Part shown: one piece after another, positions 9,283 to 18,816 of the stretch
How positions within the stretch are numbered: the stretch's first letter is position 1
Layout of the letters: each line of letters opens with the position of its first letter
Sequence record: KX130863
Direction: 5' to 3' (one strand)
DNA from: Shigella phage SHSML-45
Length of the DNA: 64,000 nucleotides
The notes under the pieces: model-generated
What the model was told of the DNA's origin: nothing
What the model saw: only the letters and a program-made list of their open reading frames with translations
The model's database searches: none
Program-made: the position numbers and the translations under genes

Positions 9283-9672
9283 TCATGGGAGACGCCATAC
9301 GTAATTAGCTGTCTGTAGAACTTCGGAAACATCATCATGTTGCATCACTACAGACGTTGGAGAGTAACTATTCGCCAGTTCTGTACGAACCATCTCACGT
9401 TCTTCTCCAGTTTCAATATTTTTAACAACCACCTTCATTTTGAGAGGTGTCAGTTCAGAGAGCGGTTTCCAAGAGTCCTCAATTGCAATTCCTACCTTTT
9501 TCTCGATTACCATGAGAACTTCTAGTGTGTCATCTGGAATACTAATATTATTATTTACAAACTGTAACAGCTCATGCAAAGTATTTAATTCGTTAAAATT
9601 AAGTTTCATCTTTAAGAATATCCTCAACCATATCACAGGACTGTTGCAATTCGTCAGCAATACGCTTAACAT
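9283..9672 (-). CDS. hypothetical protein (129 aa)
   Basis: ORF. Confidence 0.5.
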   Translation of the reverse strand: MLSVLLTNCNSPVIWLRIFLKMKLNFNELNTLHELLQFVNNNISIPDDTLEVLMVIEKKVGIAIEDSWKPLSELTPLKMKVVVKNIETGEEREMVRTELANSYSPTSVVMQHDDVSEVLQTANYVWRLP

Positions 9673-9844
9673 CGGTCTTCGTCACTTTACCAATTAACAT
9701 CACCAGTAGCATAGAAAGTATAATAAGTGGAACTGGAATAACAAATAATGCTACCTTAGCTATATTCTTCGGTGCCCATGTATGGTACTTAGTAACTAGA
9801 ACTCCTACCACGATTAGGTAAAATGCTAGAATAAACATCATCAT
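9599..9844 (-). CDS. small membrane protein (81 aa)
   Basis: Two predicted TM helices. Confidence 0.4.
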   Translation of the reverse strand: MMMFILAFYLIVVGVLVTKYHTWAPKNIAKVALFVIPVPLIILSMLLVMLIGKVTKTDVKRIADELQQSCDMVEDILKDET

Positions 9845-10116
9845 TTTTTAATCTCCGTGATTATCTGTGTGCGCATTACTTTAGCAGGTAATTTATTATT
9901 CCCAACTATTGCTTCTATATTATTTAATTTTTCCTTAAGAATATCCGAGCGTCTTTGGGCTATTTCAATATCTTGCTCTAGCAAACGGTGGTGTAGTCCA
10001 TCGTTAGTAATAAGCATATTTTCCATGCTTTTTCGTGCATTCACAATCCCAATAACTCCGCCAATCGCTACTAGCGTAGTAAGAATTAGTAACCCAATAA
10101 GAATTTCAATCAACAT
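9841..10116 (-). CDS. small membrane protein (91 aa)
   Basis: N-terminal TM helix. Confidence 0.45.
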   Translation of the reverse strand: MLIEILIGLLILTTLVAIGGVIGIVNARKSMENMLITNDGLHHRLLEQDIEIAQRRSDILKEKLNNIEAIVGNNKLPAKVMRTQIITEIKK

Positions 10117-10279
10117 TAAATATCCTTACATTTTTCATTGTTTGGAACTAGTTTACACAACTCCACATTTAACTCGTGGATAGAATTGTCTAGTTCTTCT
10201 AAACGTGTGTGAAGAGAAACTATACTATATATTAACACTCCTAAAAGGAATGACAGCATAAAAATGGATAGTCTTTCCA

Positions 10280-10576
10280 TTATTTCTTACCTTTCAGTTG
10301 TTTAACTTCACGCTCAAAGCTAGCTGCTCGGCGTTCTGCCACTGCTTGATGCTCCTTAGCAAAGCGTGCCTCTTGTTTTGCTAAGTTAAAGGCCATAGCG
10401 TTCTTGTTAAGAGAATCGTACATCTTTTTCATTGCTGGGATGGACATTTTCATCAGTTGCCCCTCAAATCCTTGCATGTCGAGGAGAATTGCTAATACAT
10501 TGGCCATTTCAGTCTTGGTAAGGTTAGAGGCGTCGAAGTCTTTAGTCATGTTTTCCATTAGAATTTCCTCTCTCAT
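10280..10576 (-). CDS. hypothetical protein (98 aa)
   Basis: Preceded by conserved promoter and leader. Confidence 0.55.
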   Translation of the reverse strand: MREEILMENMTKDFDASNLTKTEMANVLAILLDMQGFEGQLMKMSIPAMKKMYDSLNKNAMAFNLAKQEARFAKEHQAVAERRAASFEREVKQLKGKK

Positions 10577-10590
10577 TAATTTATGAACTT

Positions 10591-10619
10591 ATTATACAGA
10601 ATTTTAAGGCTTAAAGCAA
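10591..10619 (-). promoter_or_regulatory. sigma70-type early promoter (TTGCTT-N17-TATAAT)
   Basis: Reverse complement gives TTGCTT, 17-nt spacer, TATAAT, then conserved leader ending in GAGAGG. Confidence 0.55.
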
Positions 10620-10636
10620 CTGAATTTTTTAATTAC

Positions 10637-11068
10637 TTACCAATCGTTAACGAAACCTGAGAACTCAGAAGCAAAAACTTTTTCAAATTTTTCTGCAATT
10701 TCAGGATGATCTTTACAGATTAACTCAATACATGCTTCTGGAGCTATTCCTTCGTCTTCAGGATCACCGTAATATTTGTCCCAAAGATCATCAGGGATGA
10801 TGTGCTCTGCCAAATCTTGGAAAGAGATTAGCTGATAACGTTCTGCTTCCTCGGGGATAAGGATTTCACAAAGATCTTTATCTATATCACTACGGTAATC
10901 AGCAATTAGCAAGGCATTGCAAGCATGGCACTCCCAAACCATCAAGCGTTCAGAAATAGGATTAGACTTATCCTGAACGTAAGACTGAAACAGGGGTCGG
11001 AAAGTAGCTTTGACTTGTTCAAACTTATCTGCTGCTGCGAAAACTAGAGCCTTATCAACTTTGTTCAT
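10637..11068 (-). CDS. hypothetical protein (143 aa)
   Basis: ORF preceded by conserved promoter and leader. Confidence 0.55.
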   Translation of the reverse strand: MNKVDKALVFAAADKFEQVKATFRPLFQSYVQDKSNPISERLMVWECHACNALLIADYRSDIDKDLCEILIPEEAERYQLISFQDLAEHIIPDDLWDKYYGDPEDEGIAPEACIELICKDHPEIAEKFEKVFASEFSGFVNDW

Positions 11069-11098
11069 TTTATCTCCTTCTCATCAATTTATAGAGTA

Positions 11099-11127
11099 AT
11101 TATACAGAAACTTAGGCATTTTAGCAA
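11099..11127 (-). promoter_or_regulatory. sigma70-type early promoter (TTGCTA-N17-TATAAT)
   Basis: Consensus hexamers plus conserved leader ATAAATTGATGAGAAGGAG. Confidence 0.55.
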
Positions 11128-11235
11128 ATAAAACTTTTAATTAAAATGCCTAATCCTGTACTAATAGCAATACAAATGATTATAAGTATTGCTACTGCTT
11201 GTATGATTCGTTTAATAATAGCCTCAGCTATATAC

Positions 11236-11757
11236 TTAGACATTTAACATCCAGCTAATTTTATCGTGGGAAGTATACCTACCACTCATGATGTCTTCCA
11301 GTCGTACTGGTGATTTTGCATACTCTACACAAACGTTAATATAACGGGGATCTCCCATTAATTCAAAGTGAGTATGCCCATGTAAGTTCTTCTTACCCCT
11401 CAGCTCTCCTGGATGTACTGGAGCATGGGAAAGCCAGAAGTTTTTATATTTAACTAGTGATTGTACATTATCTACAACTCCTGCTAAGTCTTTGAAAGAT
11501 AATCCTTCTCGCTCTAAGTCGTGGTTCCCCAAAACCAGTGTAGTTCTAACATTGCTAAAGAGTTTTCCGAACTTCTCCAAACCATTTCTAGATACAAATG
11601 CATCTCCTAAAATATAAAATACTGTACGCTTATCTTTCATGGATGTAATAGTATCCATAATAAATTCATCATGCTCTTCCATAGTAGAGAAGATTGGCCT
11701 GAATTTAGTAATATTTGCATGTCCTAAATGGAGATCACTCCAAAAGCAAACTTTCAT
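11236..11757 (-). CDS. metallophosphoesterase (calcineurin-like)
   Basis: Motifs SDLHLGH, GDAF, GNHD, HGHTH. Confidence 0.65.
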   Translation of the reverse strand: MKVCFWSDLHLGHANITKFRPIFSTMEEHDEFIMDTITSMKDKRTVFYILGDAFVSRNGLEKFGKLFSNVRTTLVLGNHDLEREGLSFKDLAGVVDNVQSLVKYKNFWLSHAPVHPGELRGKKNLHGHTHFELMGDPRYINVCVEYAKSPVRLEDIMSGRYTSHDKISWMLNV

Positions 11758-12633
11758 TTAAAGAATCCTCTGTACACCACAGCTATTATTTTTGTCAGTG
11801 GTAAATGTTGTGATTTTGCCAGTTTCATCATTAACCTGCGCAACCGTCAACTGCCCGTTGAAAACACCGCCAGTATCAAGATAAACACGGTTCTGGTATA
11901 AAATCGGGTAAGGTACTCCAGTATGTCCGTGAAACACGAAATCTACTCCTTTAACTGGAGGTATTTCTACTGTGTATTTTTCTTTAAACCCAGAATAACG
12001 CTGGAAATAGGGGTGTTCCTCACCATTTTTAGACAAGTGGAAGCCTATCTCTTGGATTACATCTCGATCCCATAAGTATGGTTCAACATGGTATCCAGGA
12101 TGGTCATGTGGGTCTTCCTTAGCTGCTTCTACTTGTGCAATAAGGTTATCCCATACTGGGGTTTCTACCTCATTACCACATTCTTTATACGTGAATGGTA
12201 CACCACCATGAACAACACCATACTTCTTACCACGATGCAGCACAGTCAGGAATACTGGAAGTTTTTCAGCCATGTCTTCGGCAATATTTTTAATGATATC
12301 TGTATCTAGTTCATTCATAGCCCACATACCACCGTTATACATCCAGTTAGCCCAATCCCCTACAATCATAAACTGGTCATGATTTCCACGAACGCTACAG
12401 AAACGTGGATTATACAGGAATTTGGCTAAAACTTGTAGGTTTTGTGTGCCTCGGTCAATTAAGTCCCCTACACATACAACGCAATCTTTCTTGCCGTTAT
12501 AGCCAGCTAATTGTAGTGCATCTTCTAGTAAATCGTTGCATCCATGAATATCACCAACAAAGAATAAGTTAACATCATCAGGTACTACTAGTGTTTTATG
12601 CACATTAAATTCTTTTTTCATAATTATTCCCAA
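11758..12633 (-). CDS. Ser/Thr protein phosphatase (PPP family)
   Basis: Motifs GDIHG, GDLIDRG, GNHD. Confidence 0.75.
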   Translation of the reverse strand: MGIIMKKEFNVHKTLVVPDDVNLFFVGDIHGCNDLLEDALQLAGYNGKKDCVVCVGDLIDRGTQNLQVLAKFLYNPRFCSVRGNHDQFMIVGDWANWMYNGGMWAMNELDTDIIKNIAEDMAEKLPVFLTVLHRGKKYGVVHGGVPFTYKECGNEVETPVWDNLIAQVEAAKEDPHDHPGYHVEPYLWDRDVIQEIGFHLSKNGEEHPYFQRYSGFKEKYTVEIPPVKGVDFVFHGHTGVPYPILYQNRVYLDTGGVFNGQLTVAQVNDETGKITTFTTDKNNSCGVQRIL

Positions 12634-12869
12634 ATAACATTTAAAATAGTTGTACCATAGTTATTAGATAGTTTGAGAGTATAACCCTCTTTATAAATGG
12701 CTTTTATGGCCTCATAACTAATTTCATCACGGTTAAACTGCACATAAGAACCACCACATTCTACAGAAGATATAATCCGTCTTTTAACGTATCTATACGG
12801 TTTCTTTCTGCTCTTGAGAAGAGCAGCTCTATTAACTCTAGCTAAATGTTTTGCTTGCTCTGCTAACAT
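12624..12869 (-). CDS. hypothetical protein (81 aa)
   Basis: ORF. Confidence 0.45.
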   Translation of the reverse strand: MLAEQAKHLARVNRAALLKSRKKPYRYVKRRIISSVECGGSYVQFNRDEISYEAIKAIYKEGYTLKLSNNYGTTILNVIWE

Positions 12870-12873
12870 TTAA

Positions 12874-13251
12874 TTATCTCCAATGGTTAGTATGTTTTTC
12901 AGCCTCTTCATCATTAGGCTCAAATACTACGTGGCAATCTACAGCTTCCCAAAAGGCTTCACGGATTAAGGAGTTCTTAGCTGAAATATCTAACTCTTCC
13001 CACTCCTCTAAAGTCTCTAGGTCTGTATCAACTTCGGTATCACAGCCAACCAAACCCAGAGACACAACAAGAGTAAGACGATCTTCACGTTCTTCGGGAT
13101 AAACCTCAGCATACTCCCAAGCAGCTTCTTCAACATAATATTGTTGTTCCTTTTCTGGAAGTGACTTATACTTTTCCTCTGTAATACCCATCTCAACAGC
13201 GCGAGTACCACAAACTACGTTATTATTAATAATTAGATATGCATAGTTCAT
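12874..13251 (-). CDS. highly acidic hypothetical protein (125 aa)
   Basis: High Glu/Asp content; own promoter upstream. Confidence 0.55.
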   Translation of the reverse strand: MNYAYLIINNNVVCGTRAVEMGITEEKYKSLPEKEQQYYVEEAAWEYAEVYPEEREDRLTLVVSLGLVGCDTEVDTDLETLEEWEELDISAKNSLIREAFWEAVDCHVVFEPNDEEAEKHTNHWR

Positions 13252-13308
13252 TGGAATACTCCTATTTCTTGTAGTGCGTAGATAGCCTTCTCATCAATTT
13301 ATATAAGT

Positions 13309-13337
13309 ATTATACCAAAATTTTTAGCAAAAAGCAA
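13309..13337 (-). promoter_or_regulatory. sigma70-type early promoter (TTGCTT-N17-TATAAT)
   Basis: Consensus hexamers; conserved leader. Confidence 0.55.
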
Positions 13338-13338
13338 G

Positions 13339-13372
13339 TAAAATAAAAGCCTGATCCGCTAAGATCAGGCTT
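13339..13372 (-). terminator. intrinsic terminator (minus strand)
   Basis: AAGCCTGATC-loop-GATCAGGCTT stem followed on the minus strand by TTTATTTTAC. Confidence 0.65.
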
Positions 13373-13378
13373 GGTTTA

Positions 13379-13675
13379 TTAATCCTCTGGATTATCATCC
13401 AGGAAATTTTTAATAGCTTCGTGCATAGTTTCTTTACGAAGCTGACGTCCAATCAAAATATGGTTAGCTTCTACTCGACCATTAGGTAAGCGATCTGCCA
13501 GAACTACTACAGGAACTTGGCGTACACCAAATTTCTGCATTAATTCTGTATTATCAGTCTCTTTATGGACTTCCAAATTATATTCATTGACTACTTTATC
13601 AAACACAGGTTCGAAAAGAGCACAAGGACGACACGTGGAACCTTTTAATAAATAAATAACTTTGCTCATATACAC
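13379..13675 (-). CDS. thioredoxin/glutaredoxin-like protein
   Basis: 98-aa ORF with a Cys-x-x-Cys pair (CRPC). Confidence 0.55.
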   Translation of the reverse strand: MYMSKVIYLLKGSTCRPCALFEPVFDKVVNEYNLEVHKETDNTELMQKFGVRQVPVVVLADRLPNGRVEANHILIGRQLRKETMHEAIKNFLDDNPED

Positions 13676-13682
13676 TCCTATT

Positions 13683-14222
13683 TTACTTGTTAAGCTCTTC
13701 TAAATCTGGTATATATCCAAGAAACTCCTCAATTAAAGCGTACTCCCCAGCAATCTCCTGTCTAGACTTATTTGCTAAGTCTACTGCCAGAGCTAAGTCT
13801 TCATAATTGAAAGTTCCTTTCATACGTTTTCGGCCTGTTTCATCCGTAATTTGAACTCTCCATTTCTGCCTATCTTTAGCCCACATAACATTTGCATATC
13901 CAGATTTGGACTTTCTATGCTTCTTATTACGACAATTTTGTGGTTTAGATGCAGAACGTAAGTTTTTCCATCGGTTATTTTGTGGATTTCTATCTATGTG
14001 ATCCACAAATTCAGGTATATATCCTTCCATATATAGGAAGGCCCATCTATGGGCTCCCTGCCTCTCCCCTTCCACCATTATCATTATGTAATCATTGTTG
14101 TATAGAGTTCCAGCTTCCATTCCCCTCTTTACATACTGATTATTACCATCTATCTTCCAGGTAAATATCCCGGTTTCTGGGTTATATTCTAGTAATTCTT
14201 TTAGTCTTTCTTGAGTAATCAC
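13683..14222 (-). CDS. HNH homing endonuclease
   Basis: N-terminus MITQERLKELLEYNPETG and HNH motif DHIDRNPQNNRWKNLR shared with paralogs. Confidence 0.8.
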   Translation of the reverse strand: MITQERLKELLEYNPETGIFTWKIDGNNQYVKRGMEAGTLYNNDYIMIMVEGERQGAHRWAFLYMEGYIPEFVDHIDRNPQNNRWKNLRSASKPQNCRNKKHRKSKSGYANVMWAKDRQKWRVQITDETGRKRMKGTFNYEDLALAVDLANKSRQEIAGEYALIEEFLGYIPDLEELNK

Positions 14223-14623
14223 AATTTATTAATGGCCTCTAAGAAGTTTTTCATGCACTTAACAGTTGCGGTGCTCAGATCAAGATTTACACCCAAACAC
14301 TCGGTTAATGCTTCCTGATAAGGAGCCTTTAATCTGCCTTCTGGGACTTCTACCTTCTTATATTCTTTATTTTTGACCTTTTTAATCATAGTCTCTAGTA
14401 CAAGAAGCGGTAATTTAGCACCTTCAATATCAGTACCCAAAAGTTCAGTTAAAATTTTATTAAGATCAAGACGAGTTAACTTTTTGCCCTTAGACATAGT
14501 AGTTCCTGCCTTCTTCTCAAGTTTTTTACGCTCTGGTGAATCGAGGTCACGTAATGCGATGTTCAACTCATATGGAGCCATGTTATAATGTTCCGCCATT
14601 TGAGTGTAGAAACGATCAGACAT
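14219..14623 (-). CDS. hypothetical protein (134 aa)
   Basis: ORF. Confidence 0.55.
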   Translation of the reverse strand: MSDRFYTQMAEHYNMAPYELNIALRDLDSPERKKLEKKAGTTMSKGKKLTRLDLNKILTELLGTDIEGAKLPLLVLETMIKKVKNKEYKKVEVPEGRLKAPYQEALTECLGVNLDLSTATVKCMKNFLEAINKL

Positions 14624-14698
14624 AATATATACCTCTCTTAACTAATTTATGTATATATTATATAATAACTAGGGCTAAAAGTCAACTACTTTTTTATC

Positions 14699-15115
14699 TT
14701 AATCTACTACATGTATAAATCTTTTCCTAACTAGATACATAGTTATTGGGTAAATTGAGTACATAAGTATCGGGGAGAAAAGGGTGAAATACGCTGTAAC
14801 TCCCCCAGCTAACATCAAAGGTATTAATGCTAGAGTAAGGGCCATAAGAATCATACCGAATGAAACAGCCAAAGCTATGGATATAGGATTCTCTAGTTCC
14901 ATCCATAACCAACAATATTTCGTATCTCTATGGCAATTGCATTTACAAACGCCGAATGAACCCATAATTATATACTCTAGTCCGTGAATAACCTTTATTA
15001 ATAAGCTATTTCGGGTAGTTAATGCAAGGATAGTAAAGACTATCATTAAAACGAATACTACTAGACTTATTTTCCAGATACCTAGCAGCATCATAGTGAA
15101 TAGTTCTGCAAACAT
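14699..15115 (-). CDS. multi-pass membrane protein (138 aa)
   Basis: Several hydrophobic helices; downstream of endolysin. Confidence 0.5.
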   Translation of the reverse strand: MFAELFTMMLLGIWKISLVVFVLMIVFTILALTTRNSLLIKVIHGLEYIIMGSFGVCKCNCHRDTKYCWLWMELENPISIALAVSFGMILMALTLALIPLMLAGGVTAYFTLFSPILMYSIYPITMYLVRKRFIHVVD

Positions 15116-15155
15116 GGCTTTCTCCTATCTTCAAAAATTATTAAAGCCCCCTTTG

Positions 15156-15181
15156 CCTAAAAAGGCGGGAATACTCCCGCC
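15156..15181 (-). terminator. intrinsic terminator (minus strand)
   Basis: GGCGGGA-ATAC-TCCCGCC stem followed on the minus strand by TTTTTAGG. Confidence 0.6.
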
Positions 15182-15190
15182 GTATCTTAC

Positions 15191-15604
15191 TTAAATCAAT
15201 TCTATATGTGGGCCATCAAAAGTACCACGTTGGATTTCATCCTTATAACTTCCGTTCTGGTTCCAATCACCACCCCATCTAATCTTTACCCCTAGCTCTT
15301 CTGCTGCCTTAAAGAAGGCATCTGCCACTAATTTGAATGATTCTAAATCATTCCAATCAATCTTCCCATTTTTAAGAGGAGCAAAGTCAACGGCCAGCCC
15401 TTGTACGTGTTTTGACTTGCTCGGGTCTTTTAAAAACGAGGTTCCATTCTTAATATTTTGGGCGCTTTGTTCTAAGGAACGTAATCCTTCTGTAATCGTA
15501 AAATCATATGGGCTTAATTCTAAAGCTCTATGAGTTACTCTTACTAAATCTGGATGAACACCCTTTAATCTATCTAAACTTCTTTTACCAAATTTAAAAC
15601 TCAT
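15191..15604 (-). CDS. endolysin, L-alanyl-D-glutamate peptidase-like
   Basis: 137-aa ORF recognised as T5-endolysin-like; stop overlaps the upstream membrane-protein gene. Confidence 0.7.
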   Translation of the reverse strand: MSFKFGKRSLDRLKGVHPDLVRVTHRALELSPYDFTITEGLRSLEQSAQNIKNGTSFLKDPSKSKHVQGLAVDFAPLKNGKIDWNDLESFKLVADAFFKAAEELGVKIRWGGDWNQNGSYKDEIQRGTFDGPHIELI

Positions 15605-16257
15605 ATTGATCTACCTAAAGATCTCTGTTGTGGGGAACAGAGCTTTGTTAAATACTCGTTAAATTTCTCAGAATCGGCTGCATCTACAGGATTATCTTTC
15701 CAAGCAATACCAATATATCCAGCATAGATATTGTTTAGATTGAAATAGGGACAAGTGTATATGTAATTAAAAGTAACGTTCTTAAACGCAGGTATATTTA
15801 ACCCCATGTATTTATTTACTTTTACACTTAAATCCGATGCGTAGTTAAAGCCTTCCAAGTGACGTCTATATAGCTCAGACGTTTTATTTACCGCTTTATC
15901 GGCCAAGTCAGCCCTATCTAATTGCGCATTGCTTTCCCATGCAATAATGTTAGAATAATCATTAATGGCATCGGGTTTATACTTGACGACAAAAACAGCA
16001 TCCGCACCCGTTTGAGAAAAGAGTACCATGCTCTTTTCTCTAGCTACATTAGGAAAGTTATCTATCCTTTGAGTTTGAACATCCTGTAGAACCGCAGACG
16101 TGGAGAAAGTCTTTAAGAATGACATCACCTCGCTAGTATTACTAACAAATAAGAAAATAATGACAGCAACTAAGATAGTTAGCAGACGTTTAAGAAGCGA
16201 TGCTGGATCTTTCGCTTCTTGGAGCAGTACCGTTAATAATTGTAAGAACTTTTCCAA
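15601..16257 (-). CDS. putative holin / membrane protein
   Basis: N-terminal TM helix; immediately upstream of endolysin. Confidence 0.5.
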   Translation of the reverse strand: MEKFLQLLTVLLQEAKDPASLLKRLLTILVAVIIFLFVSNTSEVMSFLKTFSTSAVLQDVQTQRIDNFPNVAREKSMVLFSQTGADAVFVVKYKPDAINDYSNIIAWESNAQLDRADLADKAVNKTSELYRRHLEGFNYASDLSVKVNKYMGLNIPAFKNVTFNYIYTCPYFNLNNIYAGYIGIAWKDNPVDAADSEKFNEYLTKLCSPQQRSLGRSI

Positions 16258-16369
16258 TTGTAACCTCCTCTAACCAGTACCATTATACTAATTTTGGAGG
16301 AAAATTACAATGTGTTTTTAAAGATCACTTCTGGAGCACAAAATTATGTCGTTGTCAAGAAGAATTTTA

Positions 16370-16403
16370 GATAAAAGAAAAGCCAGGGTACTTAACCCTG
16401 GCT
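16370..16403 (-). terminator. intrinsic terminator (minus strand)
   Basis: AGCCAGGG-loop-CCCTGGCT stem followed on the minus strand by TTTCTTTTATC. Confidence 0.65.
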
Positions 16404-16412
16404 TAAAATTAC

Positions 16413-17012
16413 TTACTCTTCGTTGTGCTCCTCGGATTGAGGTAACTGAGCTTTATTATATTGCTCAGATCGATATTTTGCCAAGATTTCAGTACGCTTA
16501 TGAATTTCCTTGCTATCTAGATAGATATTTTTGTTGTCTTTTACCATCTCGTCGATTTCATCTATTGAGAAGAACGGATAGTAGACATCTAGCATCATAT
16601 CTTCTACAAACTTGTTGTAAGATTCATAGGCTTTCTTGATTTCTTGACCTTTCTCACAGAACCCGCCAGAGAACGTGTGCCCCATTAGCGTAGCATGTGG
16701 ATGTACTACCCATCCATGACAAGATAGGAAAATTGTGCAGTAAGCAGAAGCACTAGGACCAATCAGGTGTCCTATAACTGTTCCACGGCAATTAGCAATT
16801 AAGTTAGATAACTGTGCAGCAGTATCAACATAACCACCTGGACCATTAATCATCAGATTAATTTCGTCGTCCTCATTTGCCTGCATAAGTACCATTGATA
16901 AATCACGGTATTCATCCGGTGGGCCTAATTCTTCATCAAAGAAAAAGGTATACTCGTTAGATTGGCGAATGGAGTGAAACAGGTTAGTCTTTTCTTCTTT
17001 TTTATTAGTCAT
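16413..17012 (-). CDS. ClpP-like serine protease
   Basis: INGPGGYV..GPSASA segment resembles the ClpP active-site region. Confidence 0.55.
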   Translation of the reverse strand: MTNKKEEKTNLFHSIRQSNEYTFFFDEELGPPDEYRDLSMVLMQANEDDEINLMINGPGGYVDTAAQLSNLIANCRGTVIGHLIGPSASAYCTIFLSCHGWVVHPHATLMGHTFSGGFCEKGQEIKKAYESYNKFVEDMMLDVYYPFFSIDEIDEMVKDNKNIYLDSKEIHKRTEILAKYRSEQYNKAQLPQSEEHNEE

Positions 17013-17024
17013 AGCGATCCTTGA

Positions 17025-17777
17025 TTATCCAACTAGTGGTTCTAGCTCTAAGTCACAGAAGTTATAAACTTCTAGTTTAAGGTTATTGATACCATCGAAT
17101 TTATTAACTAATTCGTGAGTAATATATTTTGCAGGAATACCACTTTCAGATGGATGATCTGATTTAATAGTGAACTTCTGCTCAGCGGGTACTACATTTA
17201 CTATCAAAGAATCCATATCTAAATGGTTTGTTTCTCTGAGTAACTCTCCTTCATTGGGGAATCTAACATCTGTTATTACGGCGACATCTGGGTCGTCTTT
17301 AGCGATGGATTGCTCCAGAATTATGAGCCAAATGCGTTCATGCACCAGCTGCCTTCCTAGCTCTGTCCCTACGAGCTGTAACATTTTTCTCGGAGAAATA
17401 AATAAACTATAAAGACCATCTTCTTTACTCTCTGAGATAAGTTGTTGAGGATTAAGATATTTTTCCTCAAAAATAGGCCAAACGTACGAGAAGTCTTCAA
17501 ACTTATCGATACCATACTTAACCCACACATCTCTAGCTCGCTCCAACTGAGATTGTGTGACCGTAAACCATTGGTCAATTTCTTTTCCCCTGCGCTCTCC
17601 TAGAAACTCTGGAGTTACCCCGAGGATTACGGATGCAAGCTCATAAACTGGTTTAGCAAAACTGTAACGACGGGGTAAACACGTTGGATACGTGTCATTA
17701 CACCAATCGATAATTAATTTTGCAACGGTATCTTTTCCTGCACCTGCCTCGCCATGTAAACCTACTAATACTGACAT
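17025..17777 (-). CDS. deoxynucleoside monophosphate kinase-like P-loop protein
   Basis: Walker A GEAGAGKDT near N-terminus; 250 aa. Confidence 0.6.
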   Translation of the reverse strand: MSVLVGLHGEAGAGKDTVAKLIIDWCNDTYPTCLPRRYSFAKPVYELASVILGVTPEFLGERRGKEIDQWFTVTQSQLERARDVWVKYGIDKFEDFSYVWPIFEEKYLNPQQLISESKEDGLYSLFISPRKMLQLVGTELGRQLVHERIWLIILEQSIAKDDPDVAVITDVRFPNEGELLRETNHLDMDSLIVNVVPAEQKFTIKSDHPSESGIPAKYITHELVNKFDGINNLKLEVYNFCDLELEPLVG

Positions 17778-18130
17778 TAATCTTTCCTATTGTTAATGGG
17801 TGGATAGTAAATTAAGCAACGTTTTTCTTGTAAATCTTGGCGATAAAAGCAAACCATACTAGTCAATCGTGAGATATATGAATATTCTGCCTCGCGGCAT
17901 TTTGCCAACATATTCCAATCTTTATATGGTACGACTACTACTACGCCATCCTCCCCATTTGTAGCTAATTTCTTTTCGAATTTGAAATCAAAGCTACAAG
18001 GTTGAAGTCCTTTAGGCCAGTCCACATGAGCTGTTGGTAGTTCATGGGTAGGTTCTGGCTTTATTTCTTGTGCACAGCCTGTGATTGTGATTGCGGCTGC
18101 GAGCAGTATTCCAAGTTTTATTTTGTGCAT
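17777..18130 (-). CDS. lipoprotein (117 aa)
   Basis: Signal peptide with lipobox ITGC. Confidence 0.55.
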   Translation of the reverse strand: MHKIKLGILLAAAITITGCAQEIKPEPTHELPTAHVDWPKGLQPCSFDFKFEKKLATNGEDGVVVVVPYKDWNMLAKCREAEYSYISRLTSMVCFYRQDLQEKRCLIYYPPINNRKD

Positions 18131-18816
18131 CTACGCACCTCATAATGTGTTTCTATGTATTGTTCCACTTCTACTGGAGAAACATTGAAAAACTCTGTAC
18201 TTCCACTAAACCCCCCATAACTGCATCTTTTATTTTTATAGACACTATGTAGGTCAGCTTCGATCTTAGCTGTTTCTTCCTTAGAACCCTTGCCACAAAT
18301 ATAGTAAGATGATACTCTCAGATCTTTAAAACCACTACAAGACTTAACTTCTAGAAGTCTTTTCTGCACACTCTTACTTATACCTATTTTTATGCCTTTA
18401 TCTGAAACAAATATGTATAAAAATCCTTGTGTATCCCAAGCTGTTTTGGCACAATTTGGGCACCCACTATGGTGTAAAACGTGGTTAGTGGTTGTCTCCC
18501 ACTGATGGGAACATGTATTACATAAAAACTTTAGCTTAGAAGTAGAATTAGTATATTCACTTAGTAATACGATTTTTCTAGGACTGAGGAGTGAGTTAAT
18601 CCTGTCTTTGGTTAACTTTTCATTGCCTGCACATTTTGGGCATCCTCTACCTTTATTTCTGACATTTGTAGGGGCTGTTAACCATGTATTAGAGCATATA
18701 AGACACTTAAATTGTGTCTTTGTCTTATTATGTTCATATTCCCCTACTAATCTTACTGTCCTACCTTGAGCTTCTAAATCTTTATTAAAGATTTCTTTAT
18801 TTATTTTTACGCTCAT
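18118..18816 (-). CDS. zinc-ribbon repeat protein with C-terminal T5orf172/GIY-YIG-like domain
   Basis: Three CxxC..CPxC repeats then a C-terminal domain shared with the 44003..44866 paralog. Confidence 0.6.
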   Translation of the reverse strand: MSVKINKEIFNKDLEAQGRTVRLVGEYEHNKTKTQFKCLICSNTWLTAPTNVRNKGRGCPKCAGNEKLTKDRINSLLSPRKIVLLSEYTNSTSKLKFLCNTCSHQWETTTNHVLHHSGCPNCAKTAWDTQGFLYIFVSDKGIKIGISKSVQKRLLEVKSCSGFKDLRVSSYYICGKGSKEETAKIEADLHSVYKNKRCSYGGFSGSTEFFNVSPVEVEQYIETHYEVRRCTK

